DNA of 64,000 nucleotides from Leptolyngbya foveolarum (GCA_003242035.1 QBMC01000005.1:577-64576); one strand, 5' to 3'. Numbered from the stretch's first letter, positions 11,214 through 23,279 are shown. A program made the numbers and translations. Notes: generated by a model from the letters alone, not told the origin.

Positions 11214-12566
11214 ATGAGCGAATCCCGCCGCTACCACGTCACCACCTTCGGCTGCCAAATGAATAAGGCAGACTCCGAGCGCATGGCAGGCATCCTCGAA
11301 AACATGGGCATGAGCTGGGAGGAAGATCCTCTACAAGCCGATTTGGTGCTGTACAACACCTGCACCATTCGAGACAGCGCCGAGCAAAAGGTCTATTCCT
11401 ACTTAGGCAAGCAGGCCAAACGCAAGCAAAAGAACCCCAACCTGACGCTAGTAGTCGCGGGCTGCGTGGCCCAGCAAGAGGGCGAAAATCTGCTGCGCCG
11501 AGTCCCAGAGCTAGATCTTGTCATGGGGCCACAGCACGCCAATCAGTTAGAAAGCCTACTCGCACAGGTAGCACAGGGCAACCAAATCGTCGCCACCGAA
11601 CCCGTGCACATTATGGAAGATATTACCAAGCCGCGCCGCGACAGCGAAGTCACCGCTTGGGTAAACGTCATCTACGGCTGCAACGAACGCTGCACGTACT
11701 GCGTCGTCCCCGGTGTACGCGGATTAGAACAATCTCGCACCCCAGCAGCTATTCGAGCCGAAATGGTCGAGCTAGCTCAGCAAGGCTACAAAGAAGTGAC
11801 CTTGCTCGGTCAAAACATTGACGCCTATGGCCGCGACTTGCCCGGTATCACCCCAGAAGGCCGCCGAGAAAACACCCTTACCGACCTGCTCTATTTTGTC
11901 CACGACGTTCCCGGCATTGAGCGGATTCGCTTTGCCACCAGCCATCCCCGCTACTTCACCGAGCGCCTGGTCAAAGCCTGCGCCGAGCTGCCCAAAGTGT
12001 GCGAGCACTTCCATATTCCCTTTCAGTCGGGCAACAACGATATTCTCAAAGCGATGGGCCGAGGCTACACGCACGAAAAGTATCGGCGAATTATCGACAC
12101 CGTCCGCCGCTACGTACCAGACGCTTCTATCAGCGCCGACGTGATTGTCGCTTTTCCTGGCGAAACCGAAGCCCAGTTTCAGGACACGCTCAGCGTTATG
12201 GAAGACATTGTGTTTGACATGGTAAACACAGCGGCCTATTCTCCTCGCCCCGGAACGCCCGCCGCAGAATGGGCCAACCAGCTAGACGAAACGGTTAAGC
12301 AAGACAGACTTCAGCGGATTAATCATTTGGTGTCGCAGCAGGCGGAAGTGCGATCGCAGCGCTACCAAAACCGCACCGAAACCGTCCTAGTCGAAGCCAT
12401 AAACCCCAGAGATCCCAATCAGGTCATGGGGCGCACGAGAGGCAACCGGCTTACCTTCTTCACTGGCGACATCGAGCAGTTAAAAGGGCAAATTGTCCCC
12501 GTCCACATCACCGAAACTAGAGCCTTCAGTCTCACAGGCAGCGCGCTACAGCTAGCCACCGTTTAG
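11214..12566 (+). CDS. miaB: tRNA-2-methylthio-N6-dimethylallyladenosine synthase
   Basis: [12 protein letters not shown], radical SAM motif GCNERCTYC, and C-terminal TRAM domain. Confidence 0.96.
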   Translation: MSESRRYHVTTFGCQMNKADSERMAGILENMGMSWEEDPLQADLVLYNTCTIRDSAEQKVYSYLGKQAKRKQKNPNLTLVVAGCVAQQEGENLLRRVPELDLVMGPQHANQLESLLAQVAQGNQIVATEPVHIMEDITKPRRDSEVTAWVNVIYGCNERCTYCVVPGVRGLEQSRTPAAIRAEMVELAQQGYKEVTLLGQNIDAYGRDLPGITPEGRRENTLTDLLYFVHDVPGIERIRFATSHPRYFTERLVKACAELPKVCEHFHIPFQSGNNDILKAMGRGYTHEKYRRIIDTVRRYVPDASISADVIVAFPGETEAQFQDTLSVMEDIVFDMVNTAAYSPRPGTPAAEWANQLDETVKQDRLQRINHLVSQQAEVRSQRYQNRTETVLVEAINPRDPNQVMGRTRGNRLTFFTGDIEQLKGQIVPVHITETRAFSLTGSALQLATV

Positions 12567-12685
12567 AACTTTGCTGTTTACCGGAACCAACCGTCTAGGG
12601 CTATAGCAGCCTGCTATCAGCCAAGGGAATCCTAAGCTATAGGCTCTGTTTATCAGCAGCTTTGCTCAATTAACTTTTTGGTTAC

Positions 12686-13357
12686 ATGGACGCTCTGTCT
12701 TTATTAGAAACCGGCATTGATAGCTGGAATCAGTGGCGATCGCTTCATCCCCACGCAGCCATCGACTTAGCCCATCAAGATCTCAGCCACGGATACTTCT
12801 TTGAAGGCAACTTTCAGGGCGCAAACCTAACAGGCGCAAACTTGCAAAGAGCCTGCCTAATTGGAGCCAACCTATCCCAGGCAGACCTCACGGGCGCGGA
12901 TCTCACTGACGCATATTTAGGCGATGCCAACCTTACCGGCGCAAACCTGTCTCAAGCAAACCTCACAGACACCTGCCTAGATCACACCGATTTGCGCACC
13001 GCCAACCTGCTAGGAGCCACCCTAACCGGCGCAGACATTCGCACCGCTCAGCTACCCGATCCTCACGCCGATCCCTACATTGATGACTTCATCAATTTTC
13101 TAGCCAAGCGACAGCTCGCCCCACAGTCTCCTGCCAAAGCAAGCAAACCCATTGCCTACAGCGTTGCTCGCTACCGTCAATCTCTGCTCCGCCAGATGAT
13201 TGCTCAAATACCCCACCTTAGCCGATTGCCGGATCGCTCAGCCGCCACCCGTCAGCAAGCCATCCGGCAATCGGCAGTGCTCGTCACCCAACCCGCCAAA
13301 AAGAAAAAACCCGAAAATCCGAACCGTAGACGGTTGCATAAATTCTATATTTTTTAG
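12686..13357 (+). CDS. Pentapeptide repeat protein
   Basis: Consecutive A(N/D)LxG-type repeats (ANLTG, ANLQR, ADLTG...). Confidence 0.9.
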   Translation: MDALSLLETGIDSWNQWRSLHPHAAIDLAHQDLSHGYFFEGNFQGANLTGANLQRACLIGANLSQADLTGADLTDAYLGDANLTGANLSQANLTDTCLDHTDLRTANLLGATLTGADIRTAQLPDPHADPYIDDFINFLAKRQLAPQSPAKASKPIAYSVARYRQSLLRQMIAQIPHLSRLPDRSAATRQQAIRQSAVLVTQPAKKKKPENPNRRRLHKFYIF

Positions 13358-13434
13358 GCATCCTCTCAGCGAAGTCTCAGATGCACGGCATACTCTACAA
13401 GAGATGTGCCCAGACAAAAGTTGAGAGAAAAGCA

Positions 13435-14862
13435 ATGACGGTAGAATACGACCTAGTAGTAATTGGCGGCGGCTCAGCCGGACTAGTCGCGGCTAGCGCA
13501 GGCGCACAAATTAACGCCAAAGTTGCGCTCGTCGAAAAAGATTTGCTCGGCGGAGACTGCCTGCACTACGGCTGCGTCCCTAGCAAATCGCTCATTCACG
13601 CCGCTCAAATTGCCTACGATGTCAAAACCGCCGCCCGCTTTGGCATCTACACCAACCCGCCCACCATCAAGCTAGAAGAAGCCCTCGGCCACGTCCACTC
13701 AGTCATCGACACCATCCAGGAACACGACTCCACCGAGCGATTTGAAAAGCTAGGCGTAGACGTGATCTACGGTCAGGGCCAGTTCACCAGCGGCAAAACC
13801 TTCGAAGTCAACGGGCGATGTCTCAAAGCGAGAGCCTTCCTCATCGCCACCGGCTCTCGCCCAGCGGTTCCCCCCGTCGAAGGACTCAAGGAAGCCGGAT
13901 TTCTCACCAACGAACAAATTTTCAGCGTCAAATCTCGCCCCGACTCGCTAGCTGTCATCGGCGCAGGCCCGATTGGTTGCGAGCTAGGCCAATCATTCTC
14001 ACGGCTCGGCTCCCAGGTCACATTAATCAACAGTCACGACGTGATCATGCCGAAAGAAGATCCAGAAGCCGCCATGGTCGTCCAAAAGCAAATGGAGTCC
14101 GAGGGCATACGCATTCTCTCCAACGTCCGCGCCGAAAAAGTAGAGGTGATTGACGGCAAAAAACACGTCACCGCTGGCGGCGAAATCATTATTGTTGACG
14201 AGATTTTATTAGCAACCGGTCGCACCCCCAGCGTAGGATCTTTGGGACTAGAAGCCGCTGGCGTAGACTACGACAAAAAAGGCATTAAAGTCGATGAAAA
14301 GCTGCGCACTAGCAACAAACGCATCTACGCCGCTGGAGACGTGATCGGCGGCTATCAGTTTACGCATGTCGCAGGTTATGAAGCGGGTGTGGCGATGCAA
14401 AACGCACTGGTTTTTCCGACGAAGAAGGCAGACTATCGGGTGATTCCGTGGGCCACCTTTACCAATCCTGAGTTGGCCAGAGTGGGGTTGACTGAGAAGC
14501 AGGCGCGCGATCGCTACGGGGATGACATATACGTACTCCGCCAAAACTTCGACGGCGTAGACAGAGCCTTAGCCGAAGCAGCAGGCATCGGTTTCGGCAA
14601 ATTTATCACTAAGGGCAACGGAGAAATCTTAGGCGCACACATCGTAGGGCCTCATGCTGGCGAGCTAATTCACGAAGCCGTTCTCGCCATGAGCAACAAC
14701 TTAAAGGTGGACGCGCTTCAGTGCATTCATATCTATCCTACGCTCAGCGAGATCAGTGCTAAAACGGCGCTTCAGCTCACCAAACAAAAGTACGCCCAAA
14801 ACACCCGCCTCCAAAATGTCTTGAAAAAGTTCTTTAGCTGGCGTCGTTCAATAACAGGATGA
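13435..14862 (+). CDS. Pyridine nucleotide-disulfide oxidoreductase (dihydrolipoamide dehydrogenase/mercuric reductase-like)
   Basis: IGGGSAG, redox motif GGDCLHYGCVPSK, GAGPIGCE and HIYPTLSE. No C-terminal Cys-Cys pair. Confidence 0.88.
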   Translation: MTVEYDLVVIGGGSAGLVAASAGAQINAKVALVEKDLLGGDCLHYGCVPSKSLIHAAQIAYDVKTAARFGIYTNPPTIKLEEALGHVHSVIDTIQEHDSTERFEKLGVDVIYGQGQFTSGKTFEVNGRCLKARAFLIATGSRPAVPPVEGLKEAGFLTNEQIFSVKSRPDSLAVIGAGPIGCELGQSFSRLGSQVTLINSHDVIMPKEDPEAAMVVQKQMESEGIRILSNVRAEKVEVIDGKKHVTAGGEIIIVDEILLATGRTPSVGSLGLEAAGVDYDKKGIKVDEKLRTSNKRIYAAGDVIGGYQFTHVAGYEAGVAMQNALVFPTKKADYRVIPWATFTNPELARVGLTEKQARDRYGDDIYVLRQNFDGVDRALAEAAGIGFGKFITKGNGEILGAHIVGPHAGELIHEAVLAMSNNLKVDALQCIHIYPTLSEISAKTALQLTKQKYAQNTRLQNVLKKFFSWRRSITG

Positions 14863-14971
14863 GCTAAGCCACGAGTACCCTACAGAGTAACGCCATTCAC
14901 TTTTACAGTAGCCACAATAGATGCATTCGGAACCATTCGAATACACCCACCCTCTAAAAAGGAACAAACCT

Positions 14972-15334
14972 ATGGCTACTGTAAACTCTGCAACTTTAGA
15001 AAGCTCTAAGACAGGCGGCAACATTCTCTTCCAAGCAAACGTTAACATGCGGTTTGAAGCTCGCGAGCTAAACTCTCTTTGGGAGCTGCGCATGAGCCTG
15101 TGGGAAGACGACTACGTCAATGATGATCGTTTAGGCAGCGAAATTAAAACTACGTTTAGACCCAACAGCACCACGGTCAACCGCCAAATGGCTAAGCGGC
15201 TAAGCAAAAGCACCGTAGATACTGAATGGGGCGACGAGGAAGTCTATGGCAAAATCACGCTAGTCCCTTTAGAGTCGCCTCAACCCTTCAAGGCCGCCTC
15301 TGCGCAAACGGGCATTGAGACTATAAACGAGTAG
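14972..15334 (+). CDS. Hypothetical protein (120 aa)
   Basis: ORF with an AAGGA RBS before ATG 14972; acidic motif LWEDDYVNDDRLG. Confidence 0.65.
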   Translation: MATVNSATLESSKTGGNILFQANVNMRFEARELNSLWELRMSLWEDDYVNDDRLGSEIKTTFRPNSTTVNRQMAKRLSKSTVDTEWGDEEVYGKITLVPLESPQPFKAASAQTGIETINE

Positions 15335-15386
15335 CGCTCTATGCAATTGCTAAGCGTATATTCCTAGTGACTTAGGGAGCTGCTGA

Positions 15387-15480
15387 CAAATAACGTACCA
15401 TCCCGTAGGGGCGTATTATGTGCTGCGCCCCTACAGTGTTCTAGATAGAAGTGTTCTAGATAGAAGCGGTACATTATTTG
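15387..15480. repeat. MITE/REP-like palindromic element
   Basis: 13-bp terminal inverted repeats CAAATAACGTACC / GGTACATTATTTG (1 mismatch). Internal hairpin GTAGGGGCG...CGCCCCTAC (15405-15434). 15-bp tandem duplication at 15436-15465. Confidence 0.55.
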
Positions 15481-15573
15481 AGCGCGGGACTTCCCACCGA
15501 ACAGTTAAAATGCAGCAAATCCGCTAGCTTCAAGCCTTTTGCACTAGCGTTGCCTGCAACTCACCGATTCAGC

Positions 15574-16704
15574 ATGAAACTTAATTTCAAATTTGCCATT
15601 GTTAGCGACCTTCACATCGCCCTTCCTCACACTATTTGGGACACGCCAAAGCGATTCCATCTAGTAGAAGTCAGTATTCCAGCCTTCGAGCAAATCCTGA
15701 CTCAGCTCATAGCAGACGAACCCGATTTTTTACTTCTACCCGGCGACCTCGTTCAGCATGGCGAACGCGAGAATCACGAATGGCTAGCCAACCGACTGGC
15801 ACAGCTTCCCTTTCCGACCTATGTTGTCCCCGGCAATCATGACGTGGTTCGGCTAAACGGTAATTTGCCGCAAGACGAGTTTGGCAAAGACCGGATTGCC
15901 TTAGCGGATTTTCCCAAAATTTACCGACAGTTTGGCTATGCCAACGCCTCAGGGCTGGACTATCAGCAAGAAATTCTGCCAGACGTTCATCTCATCGGTC
16001 TCAACTCGAATGCGTTTGACGAAGCGGGCGAGCAGATTGGCACCGGGCTAATTAACGACGCACAGTTTGATTGGCTAGACCAGCAGCTCGCCGCCCTTAG
16101 CGGAAAATTTGTCATGGTGATGGTGCATCACAACGTGCTAGAGCATCTACCTGGACAGTCTAAAAATAAGCTCGGCCAGCGATATATGATTCACAATGCG
16201 CCGCAGTTGGTGAAGCGACTGCAAGCCGCGAAAGTGCCCGTTGCCTTTACTGGACATTTGCACGTACAAGACATTGCCCAAGCCGATAATTTCTACGCGA
16301 TTACAACCGGATCTTTGGTGAGCTATCCACATCCGTATCGGCTAATGTCACTTACGACGAATGAGAGCGGTCAACACCTGCTGAGCGTAGAATCTCAGCG
16401 GATTGAGTCGGTAGCGGACTGGCCGACGTTGCAGGCCACCTCTAAAGATTGGATGGGCGATCGCTCTTTCCCCTTCATCGTCAAGCTACTGACCGAGCCA
16501 CCGCTCTCGCTCTCACCCGAGCAAGCCCTCAGCTACGCCCCGTATATCAAGCACTTCTGGTCGTCAGTTGCCGCTGGAGATGCCCAGTTTCACTATCCCC
16601 AACTGCCCGAAAACGTGCAAACATTTTTCCGGCAGTACAGCGCAGTAGACTCGCAGGGCAATCCCCAGCATATCGACAACAACGCAGAGCTAATGCTGAT
16701 CTAG
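15574..16704 (+). CDS. Calcineurin-like metallophosphoesterase
   Basis: SDLH, PGDL, PGNHD, HHN and TGHLH motifs. Start set at ATG 15574. Confidence 0.9.
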   Translation: MKLNFKFAIVSDLHIALPHTIWDTPKRFHLVEVSIPAFEQILTQLIADEPDFLLLPGDLVQHGERENHEWLANRLAQLPFPTYVVPGNHDVVRLNGNLPQDEFGKDRIALADFPKIYRQFGYANASGLDYQQEILPDVHLIGLNSNAFDEAGEQIGTGLINDAQFDWLDQQLAALSGKFVMVMVHHNVLEHLPGQSKNKLGQRYMIHNAPQLVKRLQAAKVPVAFTGHLHVQDIAQADNFYAITTGSLVSYPHPYRLMSLTTNESGQHLLSVESQRIESVADWPTLQATSKDWMGDRSFPFIVKLLTEPPLSLSPEQALSYAPYIKHFWSSVAAGDAQFHYPQLPENVQTFFRQYSAVDSQGNPQHIDNNAELMLI

Positions 16705-16810
16705 AGCGCGGGTCTAAAGTCAGATCGCGAAGCCGTCATCGCGGGCGCAAAGGCGCTTGCAGAACGTAAGATTGAATGAGGGCGATCGCGGCAAAGTAAG
16801 GAAATTGAAC

Positions 16811-18622
16811 ATGGCAGATGGGTCTTTAGCAGAAAACTATCAAGCGCTGATCGACAGCATCGTCGAGCAAACGCTTAAGGGCAACGTGCGCTCGAAGGAG
16901 CAGGTGCGATCGCAGTTAGAAGCCGCTGTAGAACCGGGTACGGGCGAGATTTTTGAACGGGCGATCGCCAGTCGCATCACCGAAACCGAAGCCCAAGTTG
17001 AGACCTCACTCAAAGCAGGTCGTATTCTGCGCGCCCTCAAAACCATCGAGAGCGAATGGCAAAAGGGTCAGCAAGATCGGCAGGCGGCTGATGGGATTGC
17101 GATCGCCCAAAAAAAGCTAGCCCAAGCCGACGACTCAGACCGCCCCAGCCTATTTCTCAGCCTGATCGACCCCAACCAGCCAGATAGCCTCAATCGCCAG
17201 CAACTCAAACAGCTCGCCCAGCAGCTTTCCCAATCAGAATCACTAGCGCCTTGGGCGCAAGGCATTATGGCCGGTCTCGCCAACTACGAGCAGCTAGAAC
17301 CCAACTTAGTTAGCTGGCTTTACCAACCTGCAGATGCCGCCGTTGGTTTTGGGTCAAAAGCTGATCGCGGGCCGTGGGCGCTGTGGGAGAAATCAGCCCA
17401 GGGTCTGCCCAAACTGTTGTTTAAAACGCTAGCAGAAGACAGAGAAATCGAGGCCATCACCCGTACCGCCGTAGATACTTCAAGCTGGGTAAATTTGGCT
17501 GTGCTCTTACACTTTGTACAACGAGCCTTGGTCACCTGGTTCGACAAACAGCTCTACAGCGCCAAAGCTGGAAAACAGCTCTCCTACAGCACCTCTCTCA
17601 TCTTCGCCGCGATCTGGGGGAGACTTTCTCAAGGATTCAAGCAAGCCGGTGCCAGCAGCTACCACGCCTTAGGCAACGGCAGCTTTCAGCTCATGCTACA
17701 AATTTTGCGGCGGTTCTCCCAAAGAGACGACTTCCCGCTCTACGGCGGCGTTTTTGCCTCTTTCTCCGGAGATTATCTACAAGACACCCTCGACTACTTT
17801 AGCGAACCGCTCAATGCCATAGAAGGCACCCAAGAAAAAGCCAGAATCCTCACCTTACTCGGCTATTCTCGGCAAACATTAGGCAGAGCCGCCGAAGCCA
17901 AAGCCTTTTATCAGCAAGCACTGGAAATTGCTCAGGCCGCTGGCGATCTGGCTTGCGAAACGGCAGACTTGTGTCATTTAGCTCGAAGTGCCGTTTTAGA
18001 ACAGAATTATGCGGAAGGCGTTGCCACCAGCCAGAGAGCGCTTATTCTGGCTAGGCAAAGAGGCGATAGAGTAGGTGAAGCTAATGCGTTAGTAAATCTG
18101 GGCTATGCGCAGGTGTTGCAAGCTAGAGCGAATGATGTTGCTGATGCTGCCGTTTATGATAGCGCGATCGCCTACCTCAACCAAGGACTCGAACTCGCTG
18201 TTAAACAAGGAGACTTATCTAGTCAGGCACTCGCCTACAACAGCTTAGGGATTGGCTATGTAATGAGCAATCATCCCCAAAAAGGACTCGATATTCTCAC
18301 CCAAGGCGCAGACGCCGTCAAAGGCTCCGGCAACATCTACCTGCAAGGCTTGTACACCCTCTATACCGCCGAAGCCCACCATGCCCTCAAGCATTCCGAA
18401 GAAGCCGTTTTTTACAGCGCATTAGCCCTGTACTTACTTAGTAGCATTGGCTCAGACGACTGGCGACAGGCCGCCGGACTGGCTTCTATTCTAGAAGGAC
18501 AGTTAGGCCAAGAAACCTTTCAGCAGACGCTACAAAAGTACCAGCGCCAGTTGACCCCCATCATGAGCATGGAAGGCTTTGAAGCCCTACCTGCATTACT
18601 AAAACAATATAGAGCGCAGTAA
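16811..18622 (+). CDS. Tetratricopeptide repeat protein
   Basis: C-terminal TPR-like helices (AKAFYQQALEIAQAAGD, EANALVNLG, ALAYNSLG). Confidence 0.8.
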   Translation: MADGSLAENYQALIDSIVEQTLKGNVRSKEQVRSQLEAAVEPGTGEIFERAIASRITETEAQVETSLKAGRILRALKTIESEWQKGQQDRQAADGIAIAQKKLAQADDSDRPSLFLSLIDPNQPDSLNRQQLKQLAQQLSQSESLAPWAQGIMAGLANYEQLEPNLVSWLYQPADAAVGFGSKADRGPWALWEKSAQGLPKLLFKTLAEDREIEAITRTAVDTSSWVNLAVLLHFVQRALVTWFDKQLYSAKAGKQLSYSTSLIFAAIWGRLSQGFKQAGASSYHALGNGSFQLMLQILRRFSQRDDFPLYGGVFASFSGDYLQDTLDYFSEPLNAIEGTQEKARILTLLGYSRQTLGRAAEAKAFYQQALEIAQAAGDLACETADLCHLARSAVLEQNYAEGVATSQRALILARQRGDRVGEANALVNLGYAQVLQARANDVADAAVYDSAIAYLNQGLELAVKQGDLSSQALAYNSLGIGYVMSNHPQKGLDILTQGADAVKGSGNIYLQGLYTLYTAEAHHALKHSEEAVFYSALALYLLSSIGSDDWRQAAGLASILEGQLGQETFQQTLQKYQRQLTPIMSMEGFEALPALLKQYRAQ

Positions 18623-18696
18623 TCTCAAACCATAGGCAGTTCTACAAATAGCCGTTTTATTAGAAAATTTCAACTATTCGCTTTCTACGCTTTGCT

Positions 18697-19287
18697 ATGA
18701 AATTCTTCGAAAAACCCGGTGCCGATGTCGCAGAGCGCGTCCCCCCAGGTCAACACCTGGCTAAAGGATTTCCCGTACTCACCTATGGCGACACCCCGCA
18801 AATCAGTACGGCAGACTGGCAGTTTACTGTCTCTGGGCTAGCTACGCCAAAAACATTTTCCTGGCAAGACTTTATGGACATGCCACAAAGCGAGTTCACC
18901 GCAGACTTTCACTGCGTCACCACCTGGAGCAAACTAGACGTTAAATGGCGCGGTGTAAAAGTCACCGACTTCCTAAAAGCGATTGATATTGACTCAAAAG
19001 CAGCTCACGTCATGGAGCATTGCTACGGCGGCTATACAACAAACTTAGCGCTAGAAGACTTCGCCCGAGAAGAAAACTTTTTTGCCCATACCCTATTCGG
19101 CGAGCCTTTGCCAGCCGAACACGGTGGCCCGATGAGAACAGTTGTTCCTCACTTATACGCCTGGAAAAGCGCCAAGTGGATCAACGGCCTAGAACTTTTA
19201 GAAGATATGGAGTTAGGCTTTTGGGAGCGTAACGGTTACCACCGCCGAGGAGAACCCTTTGCCGAGGAGCGATACAGCGATAGATAG
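18697..19287 (+). CDS. Sulfite oxidase-like molybdopterin oxidoreductase
   Basis: RVPPGQ, DFHCVTTWS, EHGGP, YAWKSAKW and GFWERNGYH. Confidence 0.9.
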   Translation: MKFFEKPGADVAERVPPGQHLAKGFPVLTYGDTPQISTADWQFTVSGLATPKTFSWQDFMDMPQSEFTADFHCVTTWSKLDVKWRGVKVTDFLKAIDIDSKAAHVMEHCYGGYTTNLALEDFAREENFFAHTLFGEPLPAEHGGPMRTVVPHLYAWKSAKWINGLELLEDMELGFWERNGYHRRGEPFAEERYSDR

Positions 19288-19357
19288 GTTTAGCGATGGC
19301 TAGTAAGTGGGCCTATCAGCAGCTAACGAGATCGCCCACTCACGGCCATCAACCAAA

Positions 19358-20467
19358 CTATCGTGCTTTCTTAGCAACCTTATATTTGAAAGATTTATAC
19401 TCCAGAGAGGCCCGAGACTCAGACGGAGGTGGATTACTCACAAACTGCTCAATCGGAATAACGCTCACGTTTAGCTTTACCGGACGAGCGATCTCTTCAG
19501 CGATTAAGGCCCGAACCGAGTCAATCTGTTCGGGTGAAATTGAACCTGGCCGAGCTTCCACATTCAAATCGACGACCAAACTATCTCTATCTCTCTGCAC
19601 AGACAACGTTTGAATACGAGACTCCGAGAAAGTAGTGCTTTTGCGGATAATCTCATTCACGCTCATCCGCGCCTGATTTTTGATGGATAGATCTTGAAAA
19701 GAGAGCGTGAGTGGAATACCTAGACAAACTAACGTTGCGATCGCAATCGTCATCCCTCTTTTCGCCCGCTGCACCGACCCGTAGCGCAAAGCAAGAAAAA
19801 CCAGCCCACCGCTGAAGATAATGCCGACGAGGTTAGTCAAAAATAGCAGCAGCGAGCCAAAGAAGATGCTGAGCGAGCCATAGGCGATGCCCACACCTAC
19901 TACACTTAGCGGCGGCACAAGTGCTACTGCGATCGCCACACCCGGCAAAGCATCCGAAATTCCCCGCCGCGACTTCGCCAATGCGCCCGCCGCCCCTGCC
20001 GCCAACGCAACGCCTAAATCCAACAAGGTAGGCTGCGTTCTAGCCGCAATCTCACTGGTAATCGACTCAATGCCGGTCATCCGAGCAATAATCGCCGCCG
20101 TTCCTATCGTCAGCAGCGCCCCTAATGTTAAAGACAAGCTCGCCCGCCTCAGCAGCCTGCGGTTTGCCATAATTAGCGCAAAGGCAATGCCCGTAATTGG
20201 CCCCATTAGCGGTGCAACAATCATCGCACCGATTACAGTGGCGCTACTGCCAGAGAGTAGGCCAAAGGTGGCGATCGCCCCTGACAAAAACAGCAGTAAG
20301 TAATAGTTAGAAGAAGACTCCGCACTCCGCCACAAGCTGCGACTCAAGCTCGCAATCGGCACCGGCTTAGACTCCATCCAGTGCCACTCACCGCGATGGC
20401 GATCCTTCAGCACCGACAGCTTCTGATGACCCCAGCTAATAAACCGCTTACTGACAATAGCCAACAT
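19358..20467 (-). CDS. DUF389/TIGR00341-type membrane protein
   Basis: VIGAMIVAPLMGPI, ARTQPTLLDL and LPGVAIAVALVPPL. Confidence 0.85.
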   Translation of the reverse strand: MLAIVSKRFISWGHQKLSVLKDRHRGEWHWMESKPVPIASLSRSLWRSAESSSNYYLLLFLSGAIATFGLLSGSSATVIGAMIVAPLMGPITGIAFALIMANRRLLRRASLSLTLGALLTIGTAAIIARMTGIESITSEIAARTQPTLLDLGVALAAGAAGALAKSRRGISDALPGVAIAVALVPPLSVVGVGIAYGSLSIFFGSLLLFLTNLVGIIFSGGLVFLALRYGSVQRAKRGMTIAIATLVCLGIPLTLSFQDLSIKNQARMSVNEIIRKSTTFSESRIQTLSVQRDRDSLVVDLNVEARPGSISPEQIDSVRALIAEEIARPVKLNVSVIPIEQFVSNPPPSESRASLEYKSFKYKVAKKAR

Positions 20468-20678
20468 ACCAACACATCCTTAGAAGATAATTGACTAGAC
20501 ATAAGCAAACCCTCTCAAGGCCAGAAATAAGACCGAGGTGAGAGGGCAATTCTCTTTAAGAAAGGCTGCGCCAACGCGTCGCAATCATAAAAATAGTGAA
20601 AACCTGAAAAGCTCAGATATACGCAACAGAATAGCAGTATCTACTTTTGTAAAGCTATATATCCAAAGAGAGATCCCG

Positions 20679-21671
20679 TTAGCATCTTCTGGGGGGAACG
20701 CTAGTCCCCGCGTTGATTCTAGTGAGTCCCCGCAGGTCTAACAGCGTACTGTCATAGCGAACAACATCAATCGGCACCCGCCGCCCCTCTACAATAATGG
20801 CTGAATTACTAGGAAGCTGACGACCTCTACGAACCTTCAGAAAAGCGCCAGGGCCAAACTGTTCAAAGGTTTCGCCCGTACTCATCGGCGAAGCGCCCGC
20901 GTTGCTTTCAACCGAAATGCCCGTCACCGTATTCTCGTTGACCTGCCCCTGTACGCAAATAGCTCTACCATCCACATAGCCAAAGACACCCACCACGTCG
21001 CGACCTTTCTTAGAAAACGTAAACGTCACACCGCCTTTAGCCAGCAGTTCATCGTCAGTAACAATCGCACCGCTAGGACGCCCATTCCAATAGCGATAGT
21101 TGCCATCAGGCAGACTACTGATCAAGGATTGAGGCGGCGTTGGCACTTTGCCGGTAGGTTCGGCCTGGGTGATTAGGAGAACGAGATCGCTCTCCTTACA
21201 ATCTAAATCGCCCTGACAAGAAGCCGCGTAAATACTATCAGGCTGATAAGTCAGCCTAACTTCGGTATTCAAAATATTTTGCTGACAAATCTCAAAGCGA
21301 GCAAACTGTAGCGTAGATTCGCCATTAGCATCCACCAAATCGACATAGCAAGCATGGTCGCCCGACTCCAGCATAGAAACCGTACCCACTTCAGGCGGTG
21401 GCGTTACCGTGATACCCGTCGCAGAATAAGTAAACTGAATTTTTTGACCCACAATCGGCTGCTCGCAGACATCAGCATCAGCTACAGCTACCACCGTTGG
21501 CGTTGCGCTATTACTCTGAAGTGTGATAGCGCAACCCGACTCACTGGCCTCGACCCGCGAAACGGTTCCACCTGGGACCGGCTGCTGCGCGTTTACCCCC
21601 TGAGGCGTCAGCAAAATACCGCTTAACACCGCGAATATCAAAGCTTCAATTCTAGCTATATAAGGTTTCAT
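20679..21671 (-). CDS. Secreted hypothetical protein with duplicated Cys-containing module
   Basis: Signal-peptide-like N-terminus (start ATG 21671; ORF extends to 21722) and two similar GTV...C...(D/E)xC...xTY units. Confidence 0.7.
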   Translation of the reverse strand: MKPYIARIEALIFAVLSGILLTPQGVNAQQPVPGGTVSRVEASESGCAITLQSNSATPTVVAVADADVCEQPIVGQKIQFTYSATGITVTPPPEVGTVSMLESGDHACYVDLVDANGESTLQFARFEICQQNILNTEVRLTYQPDSIYAASCQGDLDCKESDLVLLITQAEPTGKVPTPPQSLISSLPDGNYRYWNGRPSGAIVTDDELLAKGGVTFTFSKKGRDVVGVFGYVDGRAICVQGQVNENTVTGISVESNAGASPMSTGETFEQFGPGAFLKVRRGRQLPSNSAIIVEGRRVPIDVVRYDSTLLDLRGLTRINAGTSVPPRRC

Positions 21672-21771
21672 TAAATTAGCAGACCCATTGACTGTTAAAC
21701 CATGAGGGTAAGCCTTACTCAAATTGCCTCAACGCGATCTAAACAATTTGAAAGGTGGACATCTCCAACAA

Positions 21772-21807
21772 AAAACCGTTCCAAAGCAAGCTGCTCAGAA
21801 CGGTTTT
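21772..21807 (-). terminator. Terminator downstream of eno
   Basis: Stem AAAACCGTTC / GAACGGTTTT with a T-run on the minus strand. Confidence 0.6.
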
Positions 21808-21862
21808 CATAAAGAACTTTCCTAATCTATCGCCGCACTCATTTCTGGCTAGCTGACGCCTA

Positions 21863-23161
<1,299 letters not shown>

Positions 23162-23279
23162 CTATTATCCTTAGAAGTGTTCGCAGCCGTTCGCCTCTAA
23201 TATATAAGCTCAGCAAAAATATTAGAAGCGATCGCTGCTTTCGTCCAAGATAATACGGCACAACGAGAGGATCGACACA

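Noticed and set aside
13435-14862. Mercuric reductase merA
   Set aside because: No C-terminal Cys-Cys pair, no N-terminal NmerA domain and no mer genes nearby. Kept as a generic disulfide oxidoreductase.
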